This document shows positions 48,042-57,720 of a DNA stretch of 64,000 nucleotides, one piece after another. A program made the position numbers and the translations under genes. Each line of letters begins with the position of its first letter. Within the stretch, counting starts at the first letter, position 1. The notes beneath the pieces were generated by a model. That model did no database searches. It saw only the letters and a program-made list of their open reading frames with translations, and was not told the DNA's origin. The stretch comes from Acidimicrobiia bacterium (lineage in GTDB: Bacteria > Actinomycetota > Acidimicrobiia > Spongiisociales > ZC4RG35): positions 214,903 to 278,902 of the forward strand of contig OZ244213.1 in the NCBI GenBank assembly GCA_965216905.1, read 5' to 3'.

Positions 48042-49274
48042 GTGTTGCTGGCGCGCAGCGTCTTCACGGGTCTGGCCCTGATGATGACCGGCTACGGCGT
48101 GTCATCGACCCTCGTCGGGATCCAAGCGACGGTCGAGGGGTTCCCCACCCAGGTGATCGGCCTGCTGTCTGCCGCGTACTACGTCGGGTTGGCACCTGGA
48201 ACGCTGGTCACGTCCCGGATGGTCGGTCGAGTCGGACATGTTCGGGCCTTTGCGGCACTTGCGTCGGTCGCCGCGATCGTACCGCTCGGCCACGCGCTGG
48301 TCGTCGACCCGGCCTCGTGGATCTCCTTCAAGTTCGTCACCGGATTCTGCCTGGCCGGAATGACCGTGGTCGCCGAGAGCTGGTTGAACTCCATCTCCAC
48401 CAACGCCACGCGGGGACGCCTGCTGGCCATCTACCTCGTCGTCGGCAACGTGGGCTTTGGAGGTGGTCAAGCGATCCTGACCATCGAAGATCGCCCACAA
48501 CAGGGGTTCATCGTTGCGGCGGCACTCTTCTCCCTGGCGGTGGTCCCACTCACGTTGAGCGTCGCTCCGGCACCGGCCGACACCTACTCCCGAGGTGCGC
48601 TCCCCTTTCGGCGGCTGATCCAGGATGTCCCCTTGGCAGTGGTGGCCATCATCGTCGCGGGCGCCGCCACCGGATCGGTGCTCGGCCTCGGCGCCGTCTA
48701 CGGAACCCTCGCCGGCATGCGGGTGCCGGAAGTCGCTGCCTTGATGGGGGCGGCCATGGTGGGCGGCTTCGTGCTGCAGCTCCCACTTGGAACCCTCTCC
48801 GATCGCTTCCCCCGGAGACGAGTGATCCTGACCACCACCATCGTCGCCGGCATCCTCGCCCTGGGAGGCGCGGTCGTCGAGCAGGGCTCGACCGGGACGA
48901 TCGTCGCGATGGGAGCGTTCACCGCGGTGAGCTTCCCGATGTACTCGATGGCGGTGAGCCACATGAACGACCAGATCGAACATGCCCTCCTCCTGCCGGC
49001 GGCCGCGGCGATGCTCCTCTTCTACGGTTTGGGCTCGATCCTCGGGCCGCTGGTGGCGTCGACCATCATCGAATCGGTGGGGCCGGTCGGCTTCTGGTGG
49101 ACGCTGGCGACCGCCCATCTCAGCCTGGCTCCCTACGTCCTCTACCGGTTGGCGATCCGGACGGGCCTGCCCCTCCCCCAGCGTCCCTCCATCTCGTACC
49201 CGACCTACGCGACTCCCTTCCTCTCCGGAGGCAACGGGTTGGAGGAATCCACCAGCGAACGGGATGCGTCCTAG
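48042..49274 (+). CDS. MFS transporter (YcaD-like)
   Basis: VGHVRAFAALAS, VVAESWLN, RGRLLAIY, LGTLSDRFPRR. Confidence 0.88.
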   Translation: MLLARSVFTGLALMMTGYGVSSTLVGIQATVEGFPTQVIGLLSAAYYVGLAPGTLVTSRMVGRVGHVRAFAALASVAAIVPLGHALVVDPASWISFKFVTGFCLAGMTVVAESWLNSISTNATRGRLLAIYLVVGNVGFGGGQAILTIEDRPQQGFIVAAALFSLAVVPLTLSVAPAPADTYSRGALPFRRLIQDVPLAVVAIIVAGAATGSVLGLGAVYGTLAGMRVPEVAALMGAAMVGGFVLQLPLGTLSDRFPRRRVILTTTIVAGILALGGAVVEQGSTGTIVAMGAFTAVSFPMYSMAVSHMNDQIEHALLLPAAAAMLLFYGLGSILGPLVASTIIESVGPVGFWWTLATAHLSLAPYVLYRLAIRTGLPLPQRPSISYPTYATPFLSGGNGLEESTSERDAS

Positions 49275-50542
49275 ACGGGCTTGGGCAGCGCCAGGCTGAA
49301 CACCGTCTCCTCGTGCTCGCGCCGGTAGGAGAGGTCGCCTCCCATGAGTTCCGCCAGGGTGCGAGCAACCCACAGACCGAGGCCCACCGAATTGGGCTGC
49401 GTCGGCGACTCATGGGCGGAGTGGAAGGCGTCGAAGATCCGGTCGACCGCTTCGTCCGGCACCCCAGGGCCGTTGTCGCGTACCTCGAGGACGGCTCGGT
49501 CGACTTCGCTCATGATGCGGATCCGGACCGTTCGGCCACCGTATCGAACGGCATTGGTGATGAGGTTGCGAATGATCTGACGAACCCGGGTGGCGTCCCC
49601 GATACCCACGGCGTGACCTTCGGGGAGGACTCTCAGGCCGGGCGCCTCCGAGATCCGACCTGCCACCAGATTGACCTGTTGTCGCAGATCGAGCGGTTGA
49701 GGGTCGAGCCGGATCTTCCCGATGTCCGATCTGGCCGCGACCAGCAGGTCATCCACCATGTGGGCAACCTCCCGACTCTGCTCGACGATGAGGTCCACCA
49801 TGTCGCGGGCTTCGGCTGCACTGAAGGCGTGCCATCGCCCCTCGAGCTCCGACGCAAAGCCGACGACGGCGGTCAGCGGAGTGCGGAGTTCGTGCGAGAT
49901 CGAGGCCACGAATCGGTCCTTCGAGTGGACCAGAGCTTGGAGCGCCTCTTGGGTCTCGAGCCGAGCCCAGTGGGCCGCCACCATGGCGGCGGCAGTGGAC
50001 ACCAACTCGACATCGGCGTTGTGGAACCTCCGGCGATCGTCGCTCATCCGACACCCCAGAAGGCCGAGCAACCGATCATGCACGAAGACGGGAGCGTGCA
50101 GCTCCCGACCCCGAGACGTGGGGCGATCGTGGACCGGCGTATCCGTCGCCAGCTCTTCGAACTCGGCGACCAATCCGTCGGGGCTTTCGATGTCGCCGGC
50201 GATGGCCACCACCCTCGGGGAGTCGCCGTCCCGGCGGACGATCCAAGCACCCTCGAGCTCGACAGCACCGGTCAACGCCACCAAGGCCTCCTTCTCCGGC
50301 GTGGCCGTCGCCTGCATCAGCAGCGCTTGGGCGCACAGACTCAGCGCTTGGTGGCGATCGGCATGCCGACGGCTCTCATCAGAGCTGAGGCGCAGTGCCC
50401 GCTCGAGCCGATACCGCTCCCGATCGGATTGCTCGTATGTCGCGCCGAGGACCTCCAGCAGTGCTTTCCATTGCTCCCCATCGGGAGCGACATGCGGCTC
50501 GATCCCGAGCCGTCGCAGCTGGCGTCCCAGGCTCTTGTGCAT
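49271..50542 (-). CDS. Soluble GAF-containing sensor histidine kinase
   Basis: MHKSLGRQLRR N-terminus; SISHELRTPLT, QIIRNLITNA, DNGPGV, GLGL. Confidence 0.9.
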   Translation of the reverse strand: MHKSLGRQLRRLGIEPHVAPDGEQWKALLEVLGATYEQSDRERYRLERALRLSSDESRRHADRHQALSLCAQALLMQATATPEKEALVALTGAVELEGAWIVRRDGDSPRVVAIAGDIESPDGLVAEFEELATDTPVHDRPTSRGRELHAPVFVHDRLLGLLGCRMSDDRRRFHNADVELVSTAAAMVAAHWARLETQEALQALVHSKDRFVASISHELRTPLTAVVGFASELEGRWHAFSAAEARDMVDLIVEQSREVAHMVDDLLVAARSDIGKIRLDPQPLDLRQQVNLVAGRISEAPGLRVLPEGHAVGIGDATRVRQIIRNLITNAVRYGGRTVRIRIMSEVDRAVLEVRDNGPGVPDEAVDRIFDAFHSAHESPTQPNSVGLGLWVARTLAELMGGDLSYRREHEETVFSLALPKPV

Positions 50543-51672
50543 CAGGACTCGGAGAGGACCGTGATCGTCATCGTCTGATTGTGGAGATCGCAGGTACCGA
50601 CACCGTTCGGGGACAGCTCTCCGAACGAGTAGAAGCCCACCTGCGTCGATCCCGGCGGAAGCACCGCCAGGGACGCCTCCACCTCGTCGTCGACGCGGTC
50701 GCCGAGCACCAGCTTGCGTCCGACACAACTCACTGCCAAAGCGAGGACTTCTCGGTCGTGTGACTGAAGCCGCGCCGACAGCGCAGCTCCTTCCGCCCCC
50801 TCGACCAGCCGATCGAAGTTCGCCTGCATCAGCTGCGCCCACGCGCCCTCCTCCACGTCGCCTGCAAACGTCACGCTCCCCGTGGCGCGATCCACACCGA
50901 GCAGCGTTCGGACGACCTGATCGCTCGGATCCTCGTTCCATACGGCGAGCGGGAACAACAAGCCGGCGCCCGGAAGGTCGGATGCAAGCTCGCCGAGATA
51001 GCGCTCGTAGAGGTCGAGCGCCGGTTCACCGTCGAGTTCGAATACGACGTTGCCCGCGGCTCGGGTCACCTTTCGTTGCGGGCCGAAGATGTCCCAGCCG
51101 CCCTTCAGGCCGTAGCCGATGTTGATGGAGGAGCCCGCAAAGCCGACCGCGTGCACGACCCCCACGGTGGGTACACCGTCTGAGAGGACCCAGGTTCGTT
51201 CGAATTTGCCGAGGTCGGCGGCCAGTCCACCCGTCACCACGACAGAACTGCCGAGCACCGAGGAGATTCCGCGCGCCAGCTCGGAGCCGTTTACGCTGAG
51301 GCCCTCCGAGAGGATGAACACGCCGGCCAGATCGGGACGAGCGAGTTCGGTCGCGATGGTCTGCCCGGCCTCGCGGGACTCGGACGGATCACCCAGCGCC
51401 GTCACGACGGACTGGAGTGTGGTGGACTCGAAGGCGGTCACCGATACGACGATCGAGTGGTCGTCGACCTCACCGTCACGCACCTCTCCGGCCGTTGAGC
51501 ATCCCATAACCACCGAGTTCGGATACATGGCCGAGACCTCGGCCAGCGGCTCCGGATCGTCGTAGTAGTCGGCCGCCGCGAACACCAGTACCAGGGTGTT
51601 CGGGCTGTCCAGGGCAGGAAAGGCATCGGACCACCCGGACTGACGCGTGTAGGTGAGGGTCGATGACTTCAT
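50542..51672 (-). CDS. FIST N-/C-domain signal transduction protein
   Basis: GCSTAGE, GLSVNGSEL, TGGLAAD, VVFELDGEPAL, SCVGRKLVL, GFYSFGELSP. Confidence 0.92.
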   Translation of the reverse strand: MKSSTLTYTRQSGWSDAFPALDSPNTLVLVFAAADYYDDPEPLAEVSAMYPNSVVMGCSTAGEVRDGEVDDHSIVVSVTAFESTTLQSVVTALGDPSESREAGQTIATELARPDLAGVFILSEGLSVNGSELARGISSVLGSSVVVTGGLAADLGKFERTWVLSDGVPTVGVVHAVGFAGSSINIGYGLKGGWDIFGPQRKVTRAAGNVVFELDGEPALDLYERYLGELASDLPGAGLLFPLAVWNEDPSDQVVRTLLGVDRATGSVTFAGDVEEGAWAQLMQANFDRLVEGAEGAALSARLQSHDREVLALAVSCVGRKLVLGDRVDDEVEASLAVLPPGSTQVGFYSFGELSPNGVGTCDLHNQTMTITVLSES

Positions 51673-51869
51673 TGCGCGATGGCTCCTGGGGAACGGGTAC
51701 AAGGCCCGTCGGCGAGGGATCCCCGGCCTGAAGGCGTGGCCGGGACTCGTCCACGCCCATCCACCTGTCTCTGCCGAGCATCCGAAAGCCGGCCGATCCG
51801 CATAGGGTGGCATCCTCCACCGGTCCGCGACCACGTCGGCGAGGACCAATCCGAACTCCTCTCCTTGTG

Positions 51870-53075
51870 ATGCGTCTCCCTCGATTTCAATCTGAACGGT
51901 CGCGGTTCACGCAGTGGCGCACCGGACAAAGTCTCCGCAAGCGGATCGCCCTCCCCTTCTTGCTGGCCTCGACCCTCTTGGCTGCATGCGCACCGGCCAC
52001 CTCGGAGACGGCTTCGACGACCAGCCTCCCGTCGGTCACCTCAACCCAACCATCGGCCGCCACCGTTCCCCGAGCGGTCGAGATCCATCCGACCGCCGGC
52101 TCGTCACCGCTGCGCCCTCAACCGGCCGACGTGCCATATCCGGCCGACACGTGGCCGGTCGGTCCGTGGCCGGACGAGGTGGACCGGGAGACGATCGAGG
52201 ACGCCATCGCCGAGGCGATGGGCGACGGCATCGGGCCCAGAGTGCGGGCCGTGATCATCGTGCATCGGGGCGCGATCGTTCACGAGTCATACGGTGCCGA
52301 AGACGGCCGCGACACGGTGTTCCCGAGCTTCTCGGTCGCGAAGAGCATCGCCGCCCTGGCGGTCGGCATCGCCGTCGGTGACGGTCTGCTCGACCCGGCC
52401 GCGCCCGCTCCGGTGGCGGAGTGGCAGGCACCGGGCGACCACCGTGCCACGATCACCCTCGACGACCTCCTGCGGATGACCAGCGGCCTCCGGTGGCGTG
52501 AGCAGGATCAGCGAGGCGTCGACCTGCTCGCACTCCTCGCCGCCGAAGATACGGCCGCATACACCGCAACCAGGCCGCTGGAATCGACACCCGGGACCGT
52601 CTTCACCTACAGCACCGGGACCAGCAGCATCGTCGCTCGCCTTCTGGGAGAGGTGGTGGGCGGCAATGTCGAGGAGTTCCTCCGGTCTCGCCTGTTCGGA
52701 CCGATCGGCGCCGACGTCGAACTGCGGCTCGATGACGCCGGAACCTGGCTGGCCGGGCTGGCGGCCGACACCACCGCCCGAGGATATGCGCGGCTGGGGC
52801 TGCTGGTCCTCCGCGACGGGGTGTGGGACGGAGCCCAGATCCTGCCCGAAGGATGGGTCGATCGACTGCGAACACCGACGCCGGTGGAGCCCACCTACGG
52901 TGCTCATTGGCGGCTCGACCCCGACCGGCCAGGGGTTCTGTTCGCGCGCGGGCTTCGGGGTCAGATCATCGCGGTGGATCCGGGGGCGGACCTGGTGGTG
53001 GTCCAGACGGCAACCGACCGGGCCACGTCCGAGCGATTGAACGAGCTGATCCTCGGCGCATTCACCGCTCGGTGA
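51870..53075 (+). CDS. Serine hydrolase (beta-lactamase class C-like) lipoprotein
   Basis: Lipobox LLAAC; SxxK (SVAK), LLRMTSGL, FTYSTG, ARGLRGQ. Start uncertain. Confidence 0.85.
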   Translation: MRLPRFQSERSRFTQWRTGQSLRKRIALPFLLASTLLAACAPATSETASTTSLPSVTSTQPSAATVPRAVEIHPTAGSSPLRPQPADVPYPADTWPVGPWPDEVDRETIEDAIAEAMGDGIGPRVRAVIIVHRGAIVHESYGAEDGRDTVFPSFSVAKSIAALAVGIAVGDGLLDPAAPAPVAEWQAPGDHRATITLDDLLRMTSGLRWREQDQRGVDLLALLAAEDTAAYTATRPLESTPGTVFTYSTGTSSIVARLLGEVVGGNVEEFLRSRLFGPIGADVELRLDDAGTWLAGLAADTTARGYARLGLLVLRDGVWDGAQILPEGWVDRLRTPTPVEPTYGAHWRLDPDRPGVLFARGLRGQIIAVDPGADLVVVQTATDRATSERLNELILGAFTAR

Positions 53076-53652
53076 GCGGGCGCCTCGTCTCCTTCCGAGG
53101 ACTCCCCGCTGGTCGACGGCGTCCCCGAACCGTGCCACCGAGCACGCGGTAGGACGTGAGGAGGAGCACGACCGATACGAGCGCGACGGCGGTCAGCCGG
53201 TACCAGCCCGACGCGGCATCGGATCCGGCGGCCGCAGCGTGCATCGATGCCGCAAAGAAGGCGCCGAAGCTCGAGAGGTGGATGGCCCGCCACAGGCGCT
53301 TCGACAAGCGTCGCATCAGGAGCGACGTGACCTCCACCGCCACGAGGGCGTACATGGCCGCGACGCCCCAGGCCACCGCCTGTGGGCGCCACTCCGACTG
53401 CATCGGTATCAGGATCTCGCCGAGCCCGAACTGCACCGTCGAGTCGGCGATCAGAGCAGCGAGGTGCCCGGCGGTCATCAACACCGACATCGCGCCCAGC
53501 CAGCGATGCATGGCCAGCAGCCATGGGGGCCGGCGCAGTGAACCCATCACTCGCGTGGACAGCATCAGCCCCCAGGCCACCGACGCCGTCAACATGATCC
53601 ATGCGACCATGCCCGACGAGCGAGCCAGGTACCACCAGACCTGCGAGTTCAT
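53062..53652 (-). CDS. Ferric reductase-like transmembrane (heme b) protein
   Basis: WWYLARSSG, MHRWLG, GHLAAL, WRAIHLSSF, MHAA: four His in TM helices. Confidence 0.88.
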   Translation of the reverse strand: MNSQVWWYLARSSGMVAWIMLTASVAWGLMLSTRVMGSLRRPPWLLAMHRWLGAMSVLMTAGHLAALIADSTVQFGLGEILIPMQSEWRPQAVAWGVAAMYALVAVEVTSLLMRRLSKRLWRAIHLSSFGAFFAASMHAAAAGSDAASGWYRLTAVALVSVVLLLTSYRVLGGTVRGRRRPAGSPRKETRRPLTER

Positions 53653-54515
53653 GCCGCTCCGACCAGCCCGCGCGAAGCCAGGACGACGCCCGACGTGGAT
53701 TCGACGATGGCTCGATGGCCCAGCGCCTCCACCGCTCGCACGGCACGATCCGCGCTGGCCGCGATGCCGACCTTCGCCGCCACCTCCGCCAGCCATGCGC
53801 GCTCGGCGACCACGGTCACCGAGGACACATCGGTCGACCGGATCCGGCCCGTCCGCGGACAGACGTGGTGCCGGCTGTCGTCCGCAACGCCGCGCCAGCG
53901 GCGATGATGCGCGGTGCTCGTCGCCACTCCCCCGCCGCCGGCCAGTTCCATCACTGCCACGTGGTCCCGCGACCGATCGAGCACGGAGCGCTCAACCGCC
54001 ACCGTCCACGACCCGTTCGGACCTTCTCCGACCGCGCGGAGGTCACCACCGATGTTCACGAGCGCTCCGCTTGCGCCGCCTTCGACCAGTTCCTCGGCGA
54101 TCAGGTCGGCGGCGAGGCCCTTTCCGATGCCGCCGGGATCGAACACTGCACCGGGCGGAAGTCGCACGGTGCGTGCCCCGACATCGACGTGAATGTCAAG
54201 ACATCCCGGCGCGGGCTGCGCCATGGACTCGGCGTGACACGATCCCCCGCCCACCGGCAGCCGGGCCATCGCCACACCGACCGTCGGGTCGAAGGTACCT
54301 CCGGTGCGCCGCCAACCTCTGACCGAGCGGTCGACGAGTAGCAGGGTGCTGTGGTCGACCGGAACGGGGAGGCCGGCGGATCGATTCAGCCGGGAGATGT
54401 CGGAGCTGGGCATGAAGCGCGACCAGCAGCGCTCGAGGTGATCGAGACGGTCCGCCGCCTGCCGGAGAAGATCCTTCGGTCCACCGACGACGACCACGTG
54501 ACCGGTCGATGCCAT
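53649..54515 (-). CDS. apbE: FAD:protein FMN transferase
   Basis: WSRFMPSSDISRLN, FDPTV, DPGGIGKG, VNIGGDLR, GVATST, HHVCPRTG. Confidence 0.9.
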   Translation of the reverse strand: MASTGHVVVVGGPKDLLRQAADRLDHLERCWSRFMPSSDISRLNRSAGLPVPVDHSTLLLVDRSVRGWRRTGGTFDPTVGVAMARLPVGGGSCHAESMAQPAPGCLDIHVDVGARTVRLPPGAVFDPGGIGKGLAADLIAEELVEGGASGALVNIGGDLRAVGEGPNGSWTVAVERSVLDRSRDHVAVMELAGGGGVATSTAHHRRWRGVADDSRHHVCPRTGRIRSTDVSSVTVVAERAWLAEVAAKVGIAASADRAVRAVEALGHRAIVESTSGVVLASRGLVGAA

Positions 54516-54534
54516 GCCGGCGATCGGTCCACGA

Positions 54535-54861
54535 TCAACCGCTGCCACGAGTCACCGTATCGGGTTGGCGTGCGGGCGACGGCACCGGAGCGGAGGCGAC
54601 CTTCGGTGCGGCATGCGTCACGGCGACGGAGCGTTGGATGTCGGCGACGATGAGCGGCCGGACGACCACGATCTCGGCATCCTGTCCGAGCGGTGCCCCG
54701 CCGGACGACGTCGCCGACGGGTCCGAGGTCATGCCCAACCCGGCGGTCATCCCGAACACCAGCGTGAGGCCGAGCCCGGCGACGCCGATTCGGGAGGTGG
54801 CCGCCGGGCTCGACGAGTCGGTACGCATTGCCGGAGGCCGTCGAACGGGCCGGTCAGTCAT
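54535..54861 (-). CDS. Small single-TM protein ending in DTVTRGSG
   Basis: ATGACTGA overlap with the upstream gene; one hydrophobic segment; Pro/Ala-rich linker. Confidence 0.65.
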   Translation of the reverse strand: MTDRPVRRPPAMRTDSSSPAATSRIGVAGLGLTLVFGMTAGLGMTSDPSATSSGGAPLGQDAEIVVVRPLIVADIQRSVAVTHAAPKVASAPVPSPARQPDTVTRGSG

Positions 54862-55501
54862 CCTCTCGCTCTTCGTGATCGTCGTCGTCGGAATCATCGT
54901 CGCGATCGTCGTTCTCATCGCGGTCGTCATCGTGGTCGTCGTCGTGGTCATCGTCCTCGTCACGATCGTCGTCGTCCTCGTCGTCGTGGTCGGTACTGGA
55001 CGTCGCGGTGGCGACCGAGGTCGACGTCCCGTCCGGGATCGTCGTGACGCTCGGGTCCGGCGTCGATGTTCCCGTCGTCGGGGTGCTCGTCGTAGCTGCG
55101 GACGACCGTTCCACTACGTCGACGGCGACCGCATCGTCGACGACCTGGGCCGAGAAGATCAGGTGTCGACTTCCGGACCTGAGTTCGACCTCCACGCCGT
55201 CGGACCCGTCGCGCTCGACCGCATCCCAGCCTTCGGCATCCACCGAGACGAGCGAGAGCATTTCCCCGTTCCGTTCCAAGGTCACCACGCCGACGTCGGG
55301 AATCTGATACCCGACGGCCTCGGAATCCGCGCCGAAGGAGGGCGACGGCGAGACAGAGGTGCTGAGATCCACCACCGCCGAGACATCACCGACCGGGGGT
55401 GTGGACTCCAGGATCCCGAGGTTGGCGGCATACGCCACCGTCCCGGCAAGCGCCACCGAGACGATGGACAGTGCGGTCATCAAGGCGGTCTTGTGCTTCA
55501 C
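54854..55501 (-). CDS. Secreted protein with Thr/Ser linker and Asp/His-rich C-terminal tail
   Basis: Signal peptide MKHKTALMTALSIVSVALAG; tail DHDDEDDDDRDEDDDHDDDHDDD...HEEREDD. Confidence 0.75.
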   Translation of the reverse strand: MKHKTALMTALSIVSVALAGTVAYAANLGILESTPPVGDVSAVVDLSTSVSPSPSFGADSEAVGYQIPDVGVVTLERNGEMLSLVSVDAEGWDAVERDGSDGVEVELRSGSRHLIFSAQVVDDAVAVDVVERSSAATTSTPTTGTSTPDPSVTTIPDGTSTSVATATSSTDHDDEDDDDRDEDDDHDDDHDDDRDENDDRDDDSDDDDHEEREDD

Positions 55502-55573
55502 GTTGAACTCTCCCTGGGCTGAGGACCTGCGGACAACGTACGGCTCCGAACCTCAGCCGGGCGCGAGGGCTAC

Positions 55574-55595
55574 GCAAAGGTTTGGTAAAGATCGG
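55574..55595. promoter_or_regulatory. Possible OmpR-type direct-repeat site in the divergent promoter
   Basis: GCAAAGG and GTAAAGA spaced 11 bp apart, upstream of an OmpR-family pair. Confidence 0.3.
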
Positions 55596-55618
55596 AAAGC
55601 GAAGCGACCACGAATGGC

Positions 55619-56299
55619 ATGCTGGGGGCGATGCGACTCCTCGTCGTCGAAGATGATCGGTCCATAGCCGACCCCCTCACCGATGGGCTACGCCGGCACG
55701 GATTCGACGTGCACTGGGTGGGCACCGGGGCAGACGCCCTCAACGCCACCATCCCCGATCTGGTGGTACTCGACCTCGGGCTCCCCGACCTCGACGGCCA
55801 GGTGGTGTGCCGGCGGCTGCGAGCCGAGAGCGACGTCCCGATCATCGTCGTGACCGCCAGATCGGATGAGATCGACCGTGTCACGTTGCTGGAACTCGGC
55901 GCCGACGACTACGTGGTCAAGCCATTCGGCTTCGCCGAGCTCGTCGCCAGGATCAGAGCGGTCCTGCGAAGAGCCGGATCGAGCGAAGCGGCCGCCGATC
56001 CGACCGGCCCGATCGAAGCTGGCCGCGTCCGAGTCGATCGGCGGACACGACAGGTCACCAGCGACGCGATCGAGGTGCCGCTCACTCCCAAGGAGTACGA
56101 CCTGCTGGTGGCGCTCGCCGAGGATCACGGGGCGGTCATCACCCGCGCCCAGCTCTTGGCGACCGTCTGGGACGACGATGGGTGGAGTTCCGGCAAGACG
56201 CTCGACGTCCACGTTGCATCCCTCCGTCGAAAACTCGGCGACCCGGGCCTGATCGAGACGATCCGCGGAGTGGGATACCGCCTGGCGGCCGACCCATGA
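55619..56299 (+). CDS. OmpR-family response regulator
   Basis: LLVVEDD, VLDLGLPD, GADDYVVKPF, LTPKEYDLL, IETIRGVGYR. Confidence 0.95.
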   Translation: MLGAMRLLVVEDDRSIADPLTDGLRRHGFDVHWVGTGADALNATIPDLVVLDLGLPDLDGQVVCRRLRAESDVPIIVVTARSDEIDRVTLLELGADDYVVKPFGFAELVARIRAVLRRAGSSEAAADPTGPIEAGRVRVDRRTRQVTSDAIEVPLTPKEYDLLVALAEDHGAVITRAQLLATVWDDDGWSSGKTLDVHVASLRRKLGDPGLIETIRGVGYRLAADP

Positions 56300-57651
56300 C
56301 CCGCCGGCTCATCGTCTCCTACCTCTTGATCACCGTCTTCACGTTGCTGGTCCTGGAGATCCCGCTGGGGCGGTTCATCGCCCGCTTCGAGCTTGCCCGG
56401 ATCGAGACCGGATTCGAACGGAACGCCAGCGTCCTGGCCACGATCTACGAGGACGCGCTCGACCGGAACGAGCCCTACGACCCTCGGCACGCAGCCGAGT
56501 ACGCCGCCGACGCCGGCGTCCGGGTCGTGATCGTGGACGATACCGGCACCTCCATCATCGACACCGACGAACCCGCCAACCAGGACTTCTCGAACCGTCC
56601 CGAGATCGAGGCCGCGCTCGCCGGCGAACGTGTCGCCGACACGCGAGATTCGGTGACGTTGGGGCGGCCGCTGTCGTATGTGGCAGTGCCGGTGGCCTCC
56701 GGTGGTGAGGTGCATGGGGCGGTACGGATCACTTTCAATCCCAAGGACCTCGCCAACCGCATCGAGAACCATTGGCGCCGGCTGATCGCCGTGGGGGCCG
56801 TCGTGCTGGCCGCCGTGGCCGCGGTCGGGTGGATCATCGCCCGGTCGGTCACCAAACCGCTCCGAGCGATGCAGGAGGCGGCCGTCTCGATGGGAGGAGG
56901 CGACCTCTCGCGCCGGATCGACTCCACCGACGCACCACCCGAGGTGGCCGCCCTCGCCGATGGCTTCAACACGATGGCGGCTCGCCTCGACGCCCTCCTC
57001 GCCCGCCAGCGCCGTTTCGTCTCCGATGCCTCCCACGAGCTGCGCACCCCGCTGACGGCGCTCCGACTCCGTCTCGAGAACGTGATGGATGAGGCAAACG
57101 AAGGCCAACTGGCAGACCTCGAGGCGGCACTGGCGGAGACCGACCGGCTATCGGAACTCGTCAGCCACCTCCTCACCATCGCCCGGGCCGAGGATGGCAC
57201 CGTCGAACTCGAACCGACCGACCTGATCACGACGGCGCGAGATCGGGTCGGCCTGTGGGAGGCCGTCGCCGAGGAGGCCCAGGTGGAGCTGCGCTTCGAG
57301 TCCGCATCCGTGTCGGCAACGGTTCACACCGTTCCCGGCTCGATCGATCAGATCGTCGACAATCTCGTCTCGAACGCCATCGGCGCCTCCGGACCGGACG
57401 GCAAGGTGCTTGTGTCGGTGGCCTCCGACTCCGATCACGCGCAGCTCATCGTCGAAGACACCGGTGCCGGCATGCCTGCCGACGACCGGGCTCGTGCCTT
57501 TGACCGATTCTGGCGCGCCGACCATCACAGCCCCGGGACCGGGCTCGGCCTGGCGATCGTGCGGGAGCTGGCGGAAGCCGGGGGTGGGACCGCGGACCTG
57601 GGCGAGTCTTCTTCCGGTGGCATTCGCGCCACCGTCACCTTTCCCTACTGA
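56296..57651 (+). CDS. HAMP-domain sensor histidine kinase
   Basis: Two TM segments, DASHELRTPLT, DNLVSNA, DTGAGM, GTGLGL. Confidence 0.94.
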   Translation: MTRRLIVSYLLITVFTLLVLEIPLGRFIARFELARIETGFERNASVLATIYEDALDRNEPYDPRHAAEYAADAGVRVVIVDDTGTSIIDTDEPANQDFSNRPEIEAALAGERVADTRDSVTLGRPLSYVAVPVASGGEVHGAVRITFNPKDLANRIENHWRRLIAVGAVVLAAVAAVGWIIARSVTKPLRAMQEAAVSMGGGDLSRRIDSTDAPPEVAALADGFNTMAARLDALLARQRRFVSDASHELRTPLTALRLRLENVMDEANEGQLADLEAALAETDRLSELVSHLLTIARAEDGTVELEPTDLITTARDRVGLWEAVAEEAQVELRFESASVSATVHTVPGSIDQIVDNLVSNAIGASGPDGKVLVSVASDSDHAQLIVEDTGAGMPADDRARAFDRFWRADHHSPGTGLGLAIVRELAEAGGGTADLGESSSGGIRATVTFPY

Positions 57652-57670
57652 CTCTTAGACTTTGGGGACG

Positions 57671-57697
57671 TGTCACATCCTGGTGCGCGGTCTCGTC
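57671..57697 (+). promoter_or_regulatory. ECF41 (SigJ-like) sigma factor promoter
   Basis: TGTCACA-N16-CGTC, an exact match to the ECF41 consensus, 23 nt before the ATG of an NAD(P)-binding oxidoreductase. Confidence 0.72.
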
Positions 57698-57720
57698 GAT
57701 GGTCCAACAGGAAGGAGAAC

